From Mobula hypostoma (lineage: Eukaryota): a stretch of 64,000 bases of DNA. A program made the position numbers and the translations under genes. The stretch is from contig NC_086097.1 in assembly GCF_963921235.1 (NCBI RefSeq), positions 94,304,001-94,368,000 of the forward strand, given 5' to 3'. Shown piece by piece: positions 1-11,100 of the stretch. The notes below the pieces were generated by a model, which saw only the letters and a program-made list of their open reading frames with translations, was not told the DNA's origin and did no database searches. How positions within the stretch are numbered: the stretch's first letter is position 1; each line of letters begins with the position of its first letter.

Positions 1-450
1 CCACATGGAATTTACATTACCTTCTCCTTTCTGTGGATAGTGTGTGAACTCGGGAATGGGCTTTGGATGGAGGGAGGAAGTAATCAGAAGTCAATGTATC
101 ATACCCTAATGCAGGTTGCTTTGCTAGAACACTTGCCTGATTTGATTTCAATGAGATGGACCAGACCTCGAGCAGATTTGAACAGGCCCTGTAGCAAATT
201 ATAAGCCATAGACAGTTATTGTCTAGTGCAAGCTGTCTCCACATTAGTAATGAGTGTTCTGACAGAGAATCAACCACTGTACCTAGAAGGAACAGTTGTA
301 ACTTCCAGCAATTGTTAAAGGAAATATCTGTCTAGGTCCCAGTTGGACCTCTTCGTCAAGGCTGCAGAGCACCAATGCAGAAAGTAGAGGAAATTTGGGA
401 TGCAAAATTTGAATACCTGTGGGAGATCTGAGCAGATCTATTGTGGATAC

Positions 451-818
451 ACACAAAAAAAGTGCTGGAGGAACTCAGCAAGTCAGGCAGCGTCTATGGA
501 GACAAGTAAACAGTTGATGTTTTGGACTAAGACCCTTCATCAGGGCTGTTCAGGGCAAGCTGCCCCTGCATTAGTAATGGGAGTTCTGACAGAATCAATC
601 CCTACTCCTGGAAGTAGCAGTCAGACCTATAGTATTTTTTTTAGAACAGAAATTATCTTTCTGGATTATATTTGGATCTCTTCACCACAGCTGCAAAGTA
701 CCAAAGGGGAAAGAAAAGGAAGACTGGAGTCCTGACGAAGGGCTCAGCCTGAAATGTCGACTCTCCACAGATGCTGCCTGACCTGCCCGCTGAGCTCCCC
801 CAGCAGTCTGTGCATTGT
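451..818. mobile_element. Penelope-like (PLE)-derived inverted-repeat element with hammerhead-bearing arms
   Basis: Left arm tgctggaggaactcagcaagtcaggcagcgtctatggaga...gacccttcatcagg (~451-550) is the imperfect reverse complement of right arm cctgacgaagggc...tctccacagatgctgcctgacctg...ctgagctcccccagca (~726-818). Confidence 0.65.
726..764 (+). ncRNA. Minimal type I hammerhead ribozyme motif (Penelope-like element type)
   Basis: Sequence is GGAGUC-CUGACGA-AGGGCUCAGCCU-GAAA-UGUC-GACUCU. Stem I is 726-731/759-764, the core boxes CUGANGA and GAAA are present, and stem II is GGGC/GCCU. A tetranucleotide AUGU (ACGU-like) replaces stem III, and the GUC cleavage triplet ends at 758. Confidence 0.7.
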
Positions 819-864
819 TCAGGGTTTCCCGCATTTGCAGAAACTCCCTACGGTGGACACATAC

Positions 865-951
865 CATTGTACTGCTTTCCAGTATGTTCATTCCATCTTC
901 GTTAACAGCCAACCAAACAGGCTTCTCTTCAAGTGGTGAAGGTGCAATCGG
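865..951 (-). CDS. PLEKHH1: PLEKHH1-like coding exon (FERM F3/PTB-like lobe): PIAPSPLEEKPVWLAVNEDGMNILESSTM
   Basis: Acceptor ttttttttccctccag|, donor |gtatgt; 87 nt, phase 0-0. It resembles recalled PLEKHH1 VWIAVNEDGVSILDHNTM. The next exon was not found in 1-864 and is presumably outside the window. Confidence 0.88.
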
Positions 952-1654
952 CTGGAGGGAAAAAAACACGAGAGTGATTGTCAAGAGTCTTATATTCACA
1001 AATGGTCAAACAGCCTTGATCGACAAGAGTGGAGAGTTATGGGGAGCAACCGTGAGAAGCACAATTTCCTTCTGTTGTTAGGATAGTACCACAAAACGTT
1101 TGGTACAGATTGTATCAGTAAGCTCGTTATACCACAGGAAATCAGTTTTTTGCTGGCACTTCTGAGCAAAAAGTGGCAGGGATTCATTTCAATTATTTCT
1201 TCTTTGTTCGTATCTGTTACCTCTGGAAAAGTGAGGCAATGGGAAACAACAGACAATAAAGTCAATAAGATTAGAATCAACATTACTCTGATAAAACTAT
1301 TGCCACTATTTTGGCAGAGTTATCACTGCAGCAGTCTGATATGGACGTTGTGGACAACCCTTCTATCACTGGCCAGGTCTCACAACTGGATGAGCTGTTG
1401 TTTCTGGCTATGATACTAAAGGGAGGGTGTCACAGTCTTGATGATGGTACAGAGACGCACTGTAACTATACCAGCAGTGGCAGACCACTTATACAGAGAA
1501 GGTAGAGAGCCTGAAATTGTTCGCTTGGAGGCAACTGGCAAAAGAAACCAGCTGCATTTATTTGGGGTTTTTGGCCTCACAGCCAAAGCAGCCAGAGTTC
1601 GACCCTGAAAACTGATGGTAGAGTGGACTCGATGACTAAGGCTCTAGATCAACA

Positions 1655-2092
1655 GAGAAAATGAGCAAGCGAAGAGCAGATGGAACTTAACTCAGATTAG
1701 TGTGAAGTGATAGACTTCGGGAAGTTAAATCAGGCCAAAACATTCACAGTGAATGACGAGACCTGAGGGAATGTTATCGAACAGCAAATTTTTGGGGTGC
1801 AAATACAGAATTCCCTGAAAATGGCCTCACAGGTAAACAGGATGGTGATATGCTGCTTGCATTGGCTTGGGAGGTGAGCACAGCAGTCTGGACATTCTGT
1901 GACAGTGGTTTGGCCATACATGGAACAGTGTGTGTAGTCCTGGTTCCCTTGCTTTTGGAAGGCTGTGATTAAATTGGAGAGGGGGAAAAAGATTGCCTGG
2001 ATTGGGGGGCTTGAGTTATAAAGAGAGGTTGAATAGGCTTAGTCTGGTTTTTCCCCCCCAAGTGTAGGAGGCTTGTAGAGGTTTATGAAATA
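1655..2092 (+). mobile_element. Old, degenerate CR1 LINE fragment (RT C-terminal region), 5' part of a split copy
   Basis: Decayed coding for QMELNSD.CEVIDFGKLNQAKTFTVN...LGVQIQNSLKMASQVNRMV and later ...VYEI, homologous to the CR1 ORF2 C-terminus seen at 4880-5350. Confidence 0.7.
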
Positions 2093-2095
2093 AAA

Positions 2096-3190
2096 TGAAT
2101 TGAATTGAATTGACTTCATTTCTTACATACTTCACATACGAGGAGTAAAAATCTTTGTTACTTCCCCATCTAAATGTGCAATGTGCAGTCATAGTAATTT
2201 ATAATAAATAGAACAGTTAATGTAATATAGAGTACACTCAGGTCAGCATGAGTTCATCAGTCTGATGGCCTGGTGGAAGAAGCTGTCCCGGAACCTGTTG
2301 GTCCTGGCTTTTTAATGCTGCGGTACCACTTCCCGGATGGTAGCAGCTGGAACAGTTTGTGGTTGGGATGGCGTGGCTCCCCAGTGATCCTTCGGGCCCT
2401 TTTTACACACCTGTCCTTGCAAATGTCCTGAATCATGGGAAGTTCACAAGTACAGATGCGCTGGGCTGTCTGCACCACTCTCTGCAGAGTCCTGTGATTA
2501 AGGGAGGTACAGCTCCCATACCAGGCAGTGATGCAGCCAGTCAGGATGCCGTCAATTGTGCCCCTGTAGAAAGTTCTTAGGACTTGGGGGCCCATATCAA
2601 ACTTCCTCAACCATCTGATGTGAAAGAGGCTCTGTTGTGCCTTTTTCACCACATAGCTGGTGTGTACAGACCGTATGAGGTCCTTGGTGATGTGGATGCT
2701 GAGGAACTTGAAGCTGTTCACCCTCTCAACCCCAGATCCATTGAGGTTAATAGGGGTTAGCCCATCTCCATTCCTCCTGTAGTCCACAACCAGCTCCTTT
2801 GTTTTTGCGACATTGAGGGAGAGGTTGTTTTCTTGACACCACTGTGTCAGAGAGATGACTTCTTCCCTGTAGGCCACCTCGTTATTGTTTGAGATAAGGC
2901 CAATCAAATTTAACTAGCAGATTGGAGCTGTGGGTGGCAATACAGTCATGAGTATACAGGGAGTAAAGGAGGGGACTCAGTACGCAGCTGAGGGGCTCCT
3001 GTATTGAGAGTCAGAGGGTTGGACATGAGGGAGTCCACTTTTATAACCTGCTGGTGATCTGACAGGATCTCCAGGATCCAGCTGCACAAGGCAGGGTGAA
3101 GGCCGAGGTCTCTGAGCTTCTTGTTGAGCCTGGAGGGAACAATGGTGTTGAATGCTGAACTGTAGTCCAAGAACAGTATTCTCACACAAG
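2096..3190 (-). mobile_element. 5'-truncated Rex1/Babar-clade LINE (RT pseudogene) with (TCAAT)n 3' tail
   Basis: Peptides RILFLDYSSAFNTIVPSRL..KLRDLGL, LTLNTGAPQ, IGLISNNNEVAYREEV, NNLSLNVAKTKELVVDYRR and LLPSGKWYRSI are typical of Rex1/Babar. The copy has frameshifts and a microsatellite tail at 2096-2113. Confidence 0.85.
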
Positions 3191-3194
3191 CATA

Positions 3195-5718
3195 ATGCCT
3201 TTGTATTACAAACAAGGTTGGTGAACTTGTGGCACAGATCAGTACCAAGGCATATCATTTAGTGGCCATTACAAAAACCCTGGTTGCAAGATGGAGATGA
3301 CTGGGAATTAAATATCCAAGGGTATCAGGTAATACGGAAAGATAGGCAGGAAGGCAGAGGAGGTGGGGTGGCGCTCTTGATGAGGGATGAGATCAGGGCG
3401 ATTGTGAAAGAAGATATAAGATTGACGGAGCAGAGTGTTGAGTCCATCTGGGTAGAGATGAAGAATAGTAAAGGGAAAAAATCACTGGTGGGTGTTGTCT
3501 ATAGGCCACCTAATAAAAATATTGCAGTGGCAGAGGCGATTAACCAAGAAATAACTGAGGCTTGTAAGAACGGAACGGCAGTTGTCATGGGGGATTTTAA
3601 CTGCCACGTAGATTGGGTGAATCAGGTTGGTCAAGGAAGTCTTGAGGACTTCATAGAATGCATCCGTGATGGCTTTCTTGAGCAGCGTGTTAGTGAACCT
3701 ACAAGGGAAAATACTATCTTAGATCTAGTCCTGTGCAATGAGACAGGTAAGATTAACGATCTTGTAGTCAGGGATTCTCTTGGTAAGAGTGATCATAGTA
3801 TGATTGAATTTCACATTCATGGAGGATGAAATAGTTAGATCTAAAACTAGTGTATTATGCTTGAACAAGGAAGACTACAAAGGGATGAGGGAGGAGTTGG
3901 CTAATGTGGATTGGGAGCACAGGCTATTTGGTAGGACAGTTGAGGAACAGTGGAATACTTTCAAAGAGATTTTTCACAGTGCTCAACAGTGCAGACCAAT
4001 TGAATAACTACTTTGGTTCTGTCTTCACTAAGGAGGACATAAATAATCTTCCGGAAATAGTAGGGTCCAGTGAGATGGAGGAACTGAGGGAAATACATGT
4101 TAGTAGGGAAGTGGTGTTAGGTAAATTGAAGGCAGATAAATCCCAAGGGCCAGATGGTCTGCATCCCAGAGTGCTTAAGGAAGTAGCCCAAGAAATAGTG
4201 GATGCATTAGTGATAATTTTTCAAAACTCTTTAGATTCTGGACTAGTTCCTGAGGATTGGAGGGTGGCTAATGTAACCCCACTTTTTAAAAAAGGAGGGA
4301 GAGAGAAACCAGGGAATTATAGACCGGTTAGCCTAACAACGGTGGTGGGGGAACTGCTAGAGTCAGTTATCAAAGATGTGATAACAGCACATTTGGAAAG
4401 CGGTGAAATCATCGACAAAGTCAGCATGGATTTGTGAAAGGAAAATCATGTCTGACGAATCTCATAGAATTTTTTGAGGATGTAACTAGTAGAGTGGATA
4501 GGGGAGAACCAGTGGATGTGGTATATTTGGATTTTCAAAAGGCTTTTGACAAGGTCTCACACAGGAGATTAGTGTGCAAACTTAAAGCACACGGTATTGG
4601 GGGTAAAGTATTGATGTGGATAGAGAATTGGTTAGCAGACAGGAAGCAAAGAGTGGGAATAAACGGGACCTTTTCAGAATGGCAGGCAGTGACTAGTGGG
4701 GTACCGCAAGGCTCAGTGCTGGGACCCCAGTTGTTTACAATATATATTAATGACTTGGATGAGGGAATTAAATGCAGCATCTCCAAGTTTGCGGATGACA
4801 CGAAGCTGGGCGGCAGTGTTAGCTGTGAGGAGGATGCTAAGAGGATGCAGGGTGACTTGGATAGGTTAGGTGAGTGTGCAAATTCATGGCAGATGCAATT
4901 TAATGTGGATAAATGTGAAGTTATCCACTTTGGTGGCAAAAACAGGAAAACAGATTATTATCTGAATGGTGGCCGATTAGGAAAAGGGGAGGTGCAACGA
5001 GACCTGGGTGTCATTATACACCAGTCATTGAAAGTGGGCATGCAGGTACAGCAGGCAGTGAAAAAGGCGAATGGTATGCTGGCATTTATAGCAAGAGGAT
5101 TCGAGTACAGGAGCAGGGAGGTACTACTGCAGTTGTACAAGGCCTTGGTGAGACCACACCTGGAGTATTGTGTGCAGTTTTGGTCCCCTAATCTGAGGAA
5201 AGACATCCTTGCCATAGAGGGAGTACAAAGAAGGTTCACCAGATTGATTCCTGGGATGGCAGGACTTTCATATGAAGAAAGACTGGATGAACTGGGCTTG
5301 TACTTGTTGGAATTTAGAAGATTGAGGGGGGATCTGATTGAAACGTATAAAATCCTAAAAGGATTGGACAGGCTAGATGCAGGAAGATTGTTCCCGATGT
5401 TGGGGAAGTCCAGAACGAGGGGTTACAGTTTGAGGATAAAGGGGAAGCCTTTTAGGACCGAGATTAGGAAAAACTTCTTCACACAGAGAGTGGTGAATCT
5501 GTGGAATTCTCTGCCACAGGAAACAGTTGAGGCCAGTTCATTGGCTATATTTAAGAGGGAGTTAGATATGGCCCTTGTGGCTACGGGGATCAGGGGGTAT
5601 GGAGGGAAGGCTGGGGCAGGGTTCTGAGTTGGATGATCAGCCATGATCATAATAAATGGCGGTGCAGGCTCAAAGGGCCGAATGGCCTACTCCTGCACCT
5701 ATTTTCTATGTTTCTATG
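3195..5718 (+). mobile_element. CR1-clade LINE ORF2 (APE endonuclease + reverse transcriptase), 5'-truncated, frameshifted and internally deleted
   Basis: EN motifs RKDR..GRGGGVAL, VYRPP, MGDFN, LDLVL and SDH are present, as are RT motifs NYRPVSLT, YLDFQKAFDKV, GVPQGSVLGP and FADDTKL. The stop is at 5627 and the 3' end is ggcctactcctgcacctat(TTTCTATG)2, the CR1-type octamer tail. Confidence 0.95.
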
Positions 5719-5915
5719 GTAGGTATATATTCACCTCTGCCAGAGGAGGTGGTACAGGTGGGTACAAAGGATATTTGGACTAGTACATAGAAAGGAAAGG
5801 TTTCGAGGGATCTGAGGCAAACACACGCATTTGGGATTGACATAGATAGATACAGTAGGTGTCATGGTTGCCATGGAGAAGTCGGGCCAAAAGCCCTGTT
5901 TCTGTCCGTGACACT
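5719..5915 (+). mobile_element. 3' end of an old CR1 LINE, likely the continuation of 1655-2092
   Basis: ctgccagaggaggtggt (LPEEVV)...atatttggac...aggaaaggtttcgaggga...catggagaagtcgggccaaaagccctgtttctgt matches a CR1 ORF2 end plus 3' UTR. Confidence 0.65.
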
Positions 5916-6049
5916 TGGCCACTGAAATGAACTGCCTCCATTTTATATTTCGTCTCTTACCGCAAGTCTGTGCTGACTTCCAGAGTAGTCGCACTCCCCC
6001 AGTTACTCTCTGGCATTCTCATGAATGTGCCCTGATTCTCCTGCCACTC

Positions 6050-6225
6050 TCCTACACCAGGAGCAATCCACAGCAGCCTAACCTGCCGACCTACAAGGCT
6101 CTGCGATGTGGGGGGCACTGGAGCACCTGGGGAAAGCCACACGCACACAGGCAGAACATGCAACTCCACACAGATGGTCAGGAAGGCCAGAATTGAAACC
6201 GGTCATCTGAAGCTCTAAAGTACTG
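6050..6225 (-). mobile_element. HE1/V-SINE-like tRNA-derived SINE (degenerate)
   Basis: Reverse complement has a B-box-like ggtttcaattc, then tgtgtggagttgcatgttctgcctgtgtgcgtgtggctttccccaggtgctccagtgccccccacatc (V-domain-like). Confidence 0.7.
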
Positions 6226-6759
6226 ACAGAAATGGTTTGGTAAAAAGTACTCAGTCTTGCTTCCTGCACTCTCACCCCAAGGCCTAATAAGGGACTCTTC
6301 TAAAGCAGAGTGCTTGGAGCAATGGCATGACTTAATACCAAAATCGTACCACTGTCATGAGAACACAAGTCATTTCATTGTATACATTCAGGAGATCAGA
6401 GCATCTTGTGACTAGAAGCTGAACGAGGGCCAGGGTCACTGCAGGGCACTGTGTTTGCTTATTTGGCAATTACAACACACTCAGCTTCGACAAGTGAGCA
6501 CACACAGCATCAGCAAGTCTGGGAGGGGCGGGAGGGGGGGAATATCAGAAAATAATTAACAGGCTTGTGCTTAAGCTAGTTTCAGGACTAGGAGTCAAAG
6601 GGAAACCAGCAACGACAAGGCAAAATTCACCTTCAGAATTACACTTGCAAGCTGGTTACATTGACCTGAGCCAACTTCCTATTCATAAAGAGCAGGAAAC
6701 TCCGTTAAATGTATCAAGAAACATCCCAGGAACTTTAGCACAGAAAGTATACACTCAAA

Positions 6760-7255
6760 GTGGGGATAGGAGCAGGAGGAAGCCAGCTGGCCACTCAAGT
6801 CTGCTTCACCATTCAATAAGATCTCGGCCAGGGATTCCCAACGTTTTTGTGCCGTAGACGCTAACCATTACCCGAGGGGTCCCTGTCTCCTCATCTTGGC
6901 TGGTCTGATTGTGACCTCAGCTCCATATCCTGCCCAATCCCAATCACTTTTCACCCGCTTGCTTCTCAGGACTCTGTCTCTGCCGTAAAAACAACCAAAG
7001 AATGTTGTGAAAGAGTGTTGAGGCTGTCTGAGAGAAACAAAAATTTCAACACATTAAACAGGATACCTTTGTTACTATACAGTGACCGTACTTCTAGATT
7101 CTTCCACATCCTCTCCAATTTGAAGACTTCTCATTTAATATCTTTAGTTAATGTCTCTCTCTCTCTCCTTGGAACTCCAGTGGACACAAGCAATGCCTCG
7201 CCTGACCAACTTTTCCTCTTAAGGTAACACACTTATTCCAGATATCAGTCTAATC
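6760..7255 (-). mobile_element. Degenerate CR1 3' fragment, interrupted at ~6829-6895
   Basis: aggagcaggagg..ccag..ggcc..tcaagtctgcttcaccattcaataagatc and ggctggtctgatt...ctcagctcca are the reverse complement of a CR1 3' UTR like that at 5625-5700. Confidence 0.5.
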
Positions 7256-7294
7256 ATGTCAGAGGGGAACTCAAATGTTGAGGTAGATGACTAC

Positions 7295-7432
7295 AAGGTT
7301 GGGTTTACTGGTTACTGTAAAATGCCCCTGGTGTATGTAGGTGGCAGGAGAACTGGGAGAGAACAGGATTGATGGAAAATGTGTCAAGTACCACCACAGA
7401 CTTGGTGGGCTGAAAGGTCTCCTTCGACATTG
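7295..7432 (+). mobile_element. HE1-like SINE 3' half
   Basis: ctgtaaaatgcccctggtgta...cacagacttggtgggctgaaagg resembles the HE1 body and its CR1-derived tail. Confidence 0.5.
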
Positions 7433-8585
7433 TAAAGAAGTACAAAAAAGCTTAGCCTAAGGAGTTGTGTTTTGTGATGAAGACAAAAGTTGTAAAATGG
7501 AAATTGTGCAGCTTAAGAGCAAAGCACTGAGGGGCAGTGCGGCAGGATGCGCTGAAGTTAAAACTGGTGAAGCAGGCAAGGTAGGAACTGGACCACGGAC
7601 TGCTGAAAGTTGTACAGACATTTCCTGTGTTACTCAAGATGCCTATTCCCAAGAACTGAACACAAGCTGTCTTATCCCTGAATCGGAAACAGTTTCTCAG
7701 TAACAGAAAACTAGTGGGCGACAGAAATAACAACAGACGTTCACCCGTTTGTAGTCAGCCGCCACAGACACAAATCATAGGAGAGCCAAGGGGGCAGCAG
7801 AGGCAACAAAATTCTACCAGGACATTTCTTTTTAATCAAGCCACAGTTTAAAGACTTGGATGTTTGCCTGCACTGGCATTTTCATCATAAGTTAGTTGAT
7901 TTTGAACTTTGAAGGCTCTACGACAAATATGATCAAGAGACGACAGACAGGATGGTTTTCACAGGGACATTGTTTGCTTACACATATCAACAGTCCAATG
8001 GGTGAACCTGTGTAAAGTAAAACTTCCGCAACTGAGAGAGCCCTTGTAATGATGTTGGATGTTACTGGGATGGGATGGAGGGTTTAAAAAAACCAAGACA
8101 TTGCTGGTCAGGGAACCTTTATATGCTTAGCTGGAATGTGGGGCCATAAAGACGGCAGAATTTTATATATGGGTGAGCTCCGTGTAATGGCAGTGAAGAA
8201 AAAAAATCGGTGTTAAGGAATTTGTAAAGTGCTACTCCAAAAATTCTGGGATACAGAATAAAAATACACTCTTACAAAATGTATATGATATACCAACAAA
8301 CCCTTCTTATTTTTTCTTAGCCTGCATTTCTTGATGCATGCACAGATGACACTGCTTTGCATGAGAGAAAGTATTTATTCAAACTGTTTTCTAAGAAAGC
8401 AACCCTCCTCAGAAATGCAAGGGTCATCTCTACACAGGCCTACAGAGATTGTTAAGTGTGAGGAAGGCCGGGAGGAAATAAACACATCAATAACTCTGTC
8501 AGTACAGGACGGGTGAGCTGAGTGTTTAACTTTGCTACTGCCTTGGCACTATAAAGAGGATTGGTTATAAACAGTCAGAACCTCA

Positions 8586-8798
<213 letters not shown>

Positions 8799-9099
8799 TC
8801 AGTGAAGCTGGGGACGGATACAAACACACACACATCTCTCCATCAGTCCCATGAGGGATAGTCTCTCAAGGCTGATAATCCTGACTGGTATCTTGCAAGA
8901 TGTCTTGGCCTCCACTCACTGGTAGAGTAGAATTGAGCTCCTGGCTTAGGAGTTCTGGAACCACTGGTCCAGAAACCCAAGCTCAAACCTCACCAAGTTA
9001 ATTGGAGACTTTTACAAGTAATAAAATAAAAAATAATCTGACTACAAAGTTGGTAAATATTCATGTCTTACTTCTGGGTGACAATCTTGACCACAAATG

Positions 9100-9356
9100 C
9101 TTGCATGTTTGCATGATTCCCCTGTTTCTGTGTAAGTTCTCTCCCCCACCACCAACTACCATCCCTCTCTGCCCGAGGGCTCTGCTATCCTCTCATACCC
9201 TAAGACATGGAGGCTGGTACGTTGACTGGTTATTGCAAATTGTGCCTAGTCTGTAGGTGAGTGATGGGAATGTGGCGAGAATAAAATGGGATTAGCGTAA
9301 GCAGGTGCTCAGTGATTAGCACAGACATGGTGGGCTGAAAAACCATATAACTCTAT
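9100..9356 (+). mobile_element. HE1/V-SINE-like SINE (degenerate)
   Basis: gtttgcatgattcccctg...taagacatg...gcaaattgtgcctagt...gcacagacatggtgggctgaaa...ataactctat. Confidence 0.55.
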
Positions 9357-9734
9357 TACCCCCCTCCCTGCCCCACCCCATGGGTAAACTGTCATTCTCC
9401 CTTTGGGAATAATGCACAATGACAGGCTGTCATGGTGAGGGTTGCCCAATCTGATTTTCTCCAACTCTTGGGTCATCAAGAACATTAGCAGCTTCTCCAG
9501 GGTGCCCAACCTTCAGCTGGTTGATGACTGATCAACACCTCAGTGTTTTTCCTCTTTCACTCCATGTGCCTCAGCTGCCTCCAAAAACATCTCTCCATCG
9601 CAGTTTTAAAAGCTCCAAATGCTCCCTCTATTCGAGAACATTTAGCACCCCTGAACTGACCAGATTCTTGTTCCCACTCCTCTCCTCCACCACAGGAAAC
9701 ATATTAAAATACGTAACAATACCAATGAGGTTGT

Positions 9735-10590
9735 TATAGCCCGGGGTCGTTGGTGGGGAGCGGGAGTGGTCGTGGGGACAAGCTCCCACTACCGATTAAA
9801 TACTTCAATGGCATGCGTCTCAAATAGCCTCTGACAACCGAGTCCAGCTCCTGGTCTTCACGTGAAGCTTAGCTACTAAGCCCAGTGGAACCATTTTTAC
9901 TGAAGGGAGAAGGGGCAAAGGTGGGTTACTAGCACCAGTCACTTCAGGCAGATGGGGCATATCAGCATGGTTGACACTCATCTAGAAGGAAAACTCATCT
10001 CAAACCACCACTCATGGGGAAGGCTTTGGGAGCAAACGCTAAGGGAAAAATCTGGAGCTGGGGTCCCTAAGGCAGTCCTGTGTTGAGTTCAACGCTGACT
10101 GGCAACCCACGACATCGCTGGTGCCAAGCTCTATCGGTCTGCAGCTGGGGGAAACTCGAAATGAGCAACACTACAGACCGTAAAATTGAAACAATGGGCC
10201 GTTGGCTTCCCCTCTAGCTGTTGCAAGAGTGATACCTCTCTTTCCCTCATTAGTGAGGGAGAGGGCCTGTTGTGATGTCGAGGTGTTGGAATGAACCACT
10301 TTTTTGGATAGACTATAGCTCCTGGTCTTTGGGGGCTTGCTAATGGTTGCATGGTGGGTCGTGGTGGGGGTGGTGGCTGATGCTCTTTACTGCAACAAGT
10401 GGGGGGAGGGTTTATGCTTTGCTGCTGCTTGCCCACGGGAGGGGTGATGGGGTGTTGGTTGTGGTTCTAACATTCTTTCTGTCATTCATTCTTTGGGGAT
10501 TTTTTCCTCTCTGTTTTGTGGATGTCTGTGAAGAGTAAGGATTTCAGGTTGTATACTGTATACATTCTCTGACATTAAGTTGAGCCATTG
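9735..10590. repeat. Interspersed repeat(s) of uncertain family (probably two adjacent retroelement-derived pieces, junction ~10140)
   Basis: The composition differs from the flanks and resembles common batoid repeats. The right part ends in ...gtatactgtatacattctctgacattaa. The family could not be assigned from sequence alone. Confidence 0.35.
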
Positions 10591-10666
10591 AAATTAAAGT
10601 CAGCGAGCCATTTGTGTAGATAATGAGTGATCCATAAAAGGAAGAGGAAGAAGAGGGGAGACTTAC

Positions 10667-10809
10667 TTGAGCTGCTCTGGGGTACAGGCTTGTCTGTAGT
10701 GCTTGGGGTAGAACTTCTCCAGAACCTGCTGCAGAAACTGTTGATTCTTGGACTGGGAGCTGCCTCCGGGACTGGAAGGGGCAGGGCGAGCAAGATCTCC
10801 GTACTCCAC
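10667..10809 (-). CDS. PLEKHH1: PLEKHH1-like coding exon: VEYGDLARPAPSSPGGSSQSKNQQFLQQVLEKFYPKHYRQACTPEQL(K)
   Basis: Acceptor ttcctgcag|, donor |gtaagt; 143 nt, phase 0 to phase 2. The VEYGDL...PGG...LQQVL...EQL pattern is PLEKHH1-like. Confidence 0.9.
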
Positions 10810-11100
10810 CTGCAGGAACCAAACGCCACATCACCCTGAGTGCTCACCACCACGCGGACGCCCCCCCCCACTCCCCAGCACCAAGCCAATAGAAAGCACT
10901 GCAGGAACATTCCTTCAACAGCACTTCCCAAAGACCAGACCTTGCAGAACGAAGTGACAGCGGGTACTTGGGAACTGTTGTACCCACACATTCCTCTAAG
11001 TGTCAAATCAGGAATGCGGCCCCGAACCCTGTTCCTAACCGGTAGAGAATATGCCTGCAGCCTAGGCTGCTGGAAATCCATCCTCCTGGTCTTCCAAATA

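Noticed and set aside
4434..5627. 397-aa RT ORF as an active or domesticated gene (or a retron/DGR-type RT)
   Set aside because: It is the 3' part of a CR1 ORF2 with upstream frameshifts, a linker deletion, no ORF1 and a normal CR1 tail.
9780..9930. Possible HDV-like ribozyme in a retroelement 5'-UTR-like repeat
   Set aside because: I could not build a consistent P1/P2/P3/P1.1 nested pseudoknot by eye. It would need a descriptor search on the family consensus.
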